Shown here piece after piece: positions 61,284 through 64,000 of a DNA stretch of 64,000 nt. Origin of the DNA: an uncultured Acidobacteriota bacterium (lineage in GTDB: Bacteria; Acidobacteriota; UBA6911; RPQK01; JAPXNP01); contig CAVZRV010000027.1 in assembly GCA_963777605.1 (NCBI GenBank), positions 512,001 to 576,000 on the forward strand. Direction: 5' to 3'. A program made the translations under genes and the position numbers. Position 1 is the stretch's first letter; each line of letters opens with the position of its first letter. The notes under the pieces were generated by a model. It made no database searches. It had not been told where the DNA came from and saw nothing but the letters and a program-made list of their open reading frames with translations.

Positions 61284-61985
61284 CTATTCCGACTTGTTCT
61301 TGGGCGACCGCTTCTGCAGCAGCTTGTCCAGTGCCTGGGCCTCCGGCGGAGTCTTCACCTTGCCCTCCAGAACGATCTCCTTGGCAGAAACGTCCGTGCC
61401 GTAGAGGTCCTTGTTCGCACCATTGTCTTCGCGAAGAGTCGATCCCTCGAGCGAAACGCCGGCGAAAAGCCCCTTGGAACGGGAATAGGAAAGGATTTCG
61501 GCACTCATCAACGCATCCGTTTCGGCCGTCGCAGTCCGGCCCTTGGGGCCGGCGGCGATGCTGGCGTCGGCTCCCAACTTGACTTTGCTGCTCAGCAGAG
61601 ACTTGGCGCCGGTTGGATTCATTACAAGCAGGATGAAGTCGGTCGCCGAACCTCCAATCTGGAGTCCGAAGCTACCACCTTCCAAGCGCATCATCGCTGG
61701 GGCTCCCCAGGGTCCGTCGAAAGCGACGCCGGTTCGGCACACCATGGCGCCCTTGCCGTAGCTTCCCCCGATCCCCAGGGCGAACTTCTTCACCGACGGG
61801 ACCACAATGATGCACTCGGCCTTGTCGAGGAGGTCCTGAGGCATACCCTCCGGGATATCGAGTACCTCCTTCGCAACCCGGGCACAGTCAGCCAATCTCT
61901 CCCGCTCTTCCTTGGTGTTGCCCCAAGCGAAAGCAGAAAGGAGAAGCAGGATCACACCGGCAGAGACACCGAACCGGATTTTCAT
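61284..61985 (-). CDS. Lipid-binding SYLF (Ysc84) domain protein
   Basis: GGSYGKG, GGSFGLQIGG, LGADASIAAGPKGR and YSRSKGLFAGVSLEG. Confidence 0.92.
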   Translation of the reverse strand: MKIRFGVSAGVILLLLSAFAWGNTKEERERLADCARVAKEVLDIPEGMPQDLLDKAECIIVVPSVKKFALGIGGSYGKGAMVCRTGVAFDGPWGAPAMMRLEGGSFGLQIGGSATDFILLVMNPTGAKSLLSSKVKLGADASIAAGPKGRTATAETDALMSAEILSYSRSKGLFAGVSLEGSTLREDNGANKDLYGTDVSAKEIVLEGKVKTPPEAQALDKLLQKRSPKNKSE

Positions 61986-62135
61986 CGAAACCTCCTATCG
62001 CGGAACCAGCAAACCAGACCGGGAAGTCCCTTCCCTAATCGCATACTAGCATAGCCCCAATGCGACAACGACCAGCTTCAGGCAGACATACCAGGCCGGG
62101 CTCCGACAACCTCGACCCGCCCATGCTGCGACCCT

Positions 62136-63080
62136 TCAATCGACCGCTTGCTGGTCAAAGACCACCGGCTCGAAATCGGTCAGTTCCTGGAACTCCCGGA
62201 ACCGCAACTGTACCTCGGTAAAGGTCAGTTCCTTGAGTCGATTCATCGAGAAACTCTCGACGTTGTAGCTGGCCATCACGGAACCGAACACGACGGCCTG
62301 GCGAAGGGCAGCGGCATCAGTGCGACCCGACCCGGCCAGGTAGCCCATGAACCCGCCGGCAAACGTGTCGCCGGCTCCCGTCGGATCGACCACCGATTCC
62401 ACAGGATAAGCCGGTACTCCGAATGTCTTCAGTTCCGAACCGTCCCGGTAGACCATCAGGACGCCAAACTCACCGCGCTTGATGACCACCGTCTTCGGCC
62501 CCCAATCCATGATCTTCCTGGTGGCCCTGAGCAGCGACGCCTCCCCGGCCAGCATTCGCGTCTCGGCATCGTTGATGATCAGCACGTCGACGTGTCGGAG
62601 CGTCTCAACGAGCGCTTCGAATTGCCCCTGGATCCAGAAGTTCATGGTGTCACAGGAAACCAGTCGGGGAGCGGTGACCTGGGAGAGTACCTGACGCTGC
62701 AGGGTTGGATCGATGTTGCCCAGGAACACAAAGTCGGCCCCGCGGAACCGCTGCGGTATTTGCGGCTTGAAGCTGGCGAATACATTGAGTTGCGTCTCGA
62801 GGGTCTCCGCCTCGTTCAGATCTCGAAGATAATTGCCTTTCCACCGGAAGGTCAGCCCATCAAGGGATTCGAGCCCTTCCAGATCGACGTTGTGCGATTC
62901 GAGCAGGAAACGATCCTCCGCTCGAAAGTCGCGACCGACACAGGCCACCAGGTAAACCGGAGCGAAGAAGCTGGCTGAAATGCTGAAATATGTCGCCGAC
63001 CCGCCGAGTGCTTCATCCACTTTCCCGGCAGGAGTTTCCACCGAATCATACGCAACCGATCCCACTACCAACAACGCCAT
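62136..63080 (-). CDS. PfkB-family carbohydrate/nucleoside kinase
   Basis: VGSVAYD, LGGSATY, DTMNFWI, KRGEFG and DPTGAGDTFAGGF. Confidence 0.92.
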   Translation of the reverse strand: MALLVVGSVAYDSVETPAGKVDEALGGSATYFSISASFFAPVYLVACVGRDFRAEDRFLLESHNVDLEGLESLDGLTFRWKGNYLRDLNEAETLETQLNVFASFKPQIPQRFRGADFVFLGNIDPTLQRQVLSQVTAPRLVSCDTMNFWIQGQFEALVETLRHVDVLIINDAETRMLAGEASLLRATRKIMDWGPKTVVIKRGEFGVLMVYRDGSELKTFGVPAYPVESVVDPTGAGDTFAGGFMGYLAGSGRTDAAALRQAVVFGSVMASYNVESFSMNRLKELTFTEVQLRFREFQELTDFEPVVFDQQAVD

Positions 63081-63084
63081 CTGC

Positions 63085-63981
63085 TTACCTCCCATCCTGA
63101 CCCGGCTGCGAGTTCAGGTACTTTCCTACAATTGGTTCCAGTTTCTGAGCGGTTTCTCCGGGAATAGCGGAAGGGTCGGTGATCAACGCAGTCTGCAGAG
63201 CGTGCCGGCAAGCGCAGTCAGTTTCCGGTTCGGCCAGCCGGATTGCTTCTCCGATCAGTTGTTTGGCGTTCTCGCTGTTCTTTCGCAGGTACTCGAGGAG
63301 CATCTCTACCGAGACATCCTCCTCCTCATCGTGCCAGCAGTCGTAGTCGGTCACCATTGCAATGGTCGCGTAGCAGATCTCGGCTTCCCGGGCCAGCTTG
63401 GCCTCCTGTAAGTTGGTCATGCCAATCAGGTCGGCTCCCCAACTGCGATAGAGGTTCGATTCCGCGCGGGTCGAAAATGCGGGCCCTTCCATGCACACGT
63501 AAGTTCCTCCCCTCTTCAACGGGACTCCAAGTCCCTTGCCGGCCTTCTCAAGAAGATCTCCCAGGCAGCCACAGACGGGATCGGCGAAACTCACGTGCGC
63601 GACGAGGCCTTCCCCAAAGAACGTCGATACCCGATTTCGGGTCCGATCGATGAACTGGTCGGGAAGGATGAAATCCATTGGCTTGTGTTCCACGCGCAGC
63701 GAACCCACGGCGCTCGCCGAGAGAATCATTTTCACGCCCAACACCTTCATGGCGTAAATGTTGGCCCGGAAGTTAATCTCCGTCGGCATTAAACAGTGGC
63801 CCCTGCCATGCCGGGCGAGGAATGCCACCCGCGTGCCGTGCAAGTCTCCGACGACAAGGGCGTCACTCGGACTTCCAAAGGGGGTTTCTATTGACACTTC
63901 AGTCCGGTCCGACAGCCCAGGCATATCGTACAGGCCACTGCCGCCAATGATCCCAATGTCTGCTTTCGGCTCAACCGGCAT
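63085..63981 (-). CDS. mtnP: S-methyl-5'-thioadenosine phosphorylase
   Basis: [42 protein letters not shown] and VTDYDCW. Confidence 0.93.
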   Translation of the reverse strand: MPVEPKADIGIIGGSGLYDMPGLSDRTEVSIETPFGSPSDALVVGDLHGTRVAFLARHGRGHCLMPTEINFRANIYAMKVLGVKMILSASAVGSLRVEHKPMDFILPDQFIDRTRNRVSTFFGEGLVAHVSFADPVCGCLGDLLEKAGKGLGVPLKRGGTYVCMEGPAFSTRAESNLYRSWGADLIGMTNLQEAKLAREAEICYATIAMVTDYDCWHDEEEDVSVEMLLEYLRKNSENAKQLIGEAIRLAEPETDCACRHALQTALITDPSAIPGETAQKLEPIVGKYLNSQPGQDGR

Positions 63982-64000
63982 AGTCACTTCCTTTCCGCGG

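Overview
A 64 kb GC-rich bacterial chromosomal segment. The gene types (SYLF protein, kinase-TolB-like-TPR protein, GAF protein with an ARRFARLLVAEIKLYN tail, Tat-exported Gfo/Idh/MocA, DUF1080) suggest Acidobacteriota, but this is an inference. Contents in order: a Rus-like GRP sugar transporter and ADP-ribosylglycohydrolase-family lipoprotein; YihY; a pseudo-receiver; an aminotransferase; an HDAC-family deacetylase; gltBD; a sugar/glycoside catabolic block (DUF1080, VOC, Zn-dehydrogenase, araD, Gfo/Idh/MocA, FGE-like protein, esterase, sugar isomerase); an orphan PAPS reductase cysH; an FHA-GAF-degenerate AAA+-membrane 4Fe-4S fusion divergent from a membrane Ser/Thr kinase-TPR gene; CHRD, UPF0158, ThuA and sulfatase genes; a protein-arginine-deiminase-like pentein; several hydrolases; a compact mvhG-mvhA-protease-hdrA-mvhD-tusA operon with no hdrBC; araB and a fucose/arabinose isomerase; Nudix; EamA; a peptidoglycan-recycling pair (serine hydrolase, NamZ); TPR; SYLF; PfkB; and MTAP. 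At least 14 single-base frameshifts cluster at about 25.8-38.4 kb and 53.9-58.7 kb and are probably sequencing errors. I saw no rRNA, tRNA, CRISPR or mobile element. The two best candidates for an undescribed system are the HdrBC-less Mvh-HdrA operon ending in a TusA with an extra Cys, and the kinase / FHA-GAF-AAA+-FeS signalling pair. All family calls come from motif recognition, not database searches.
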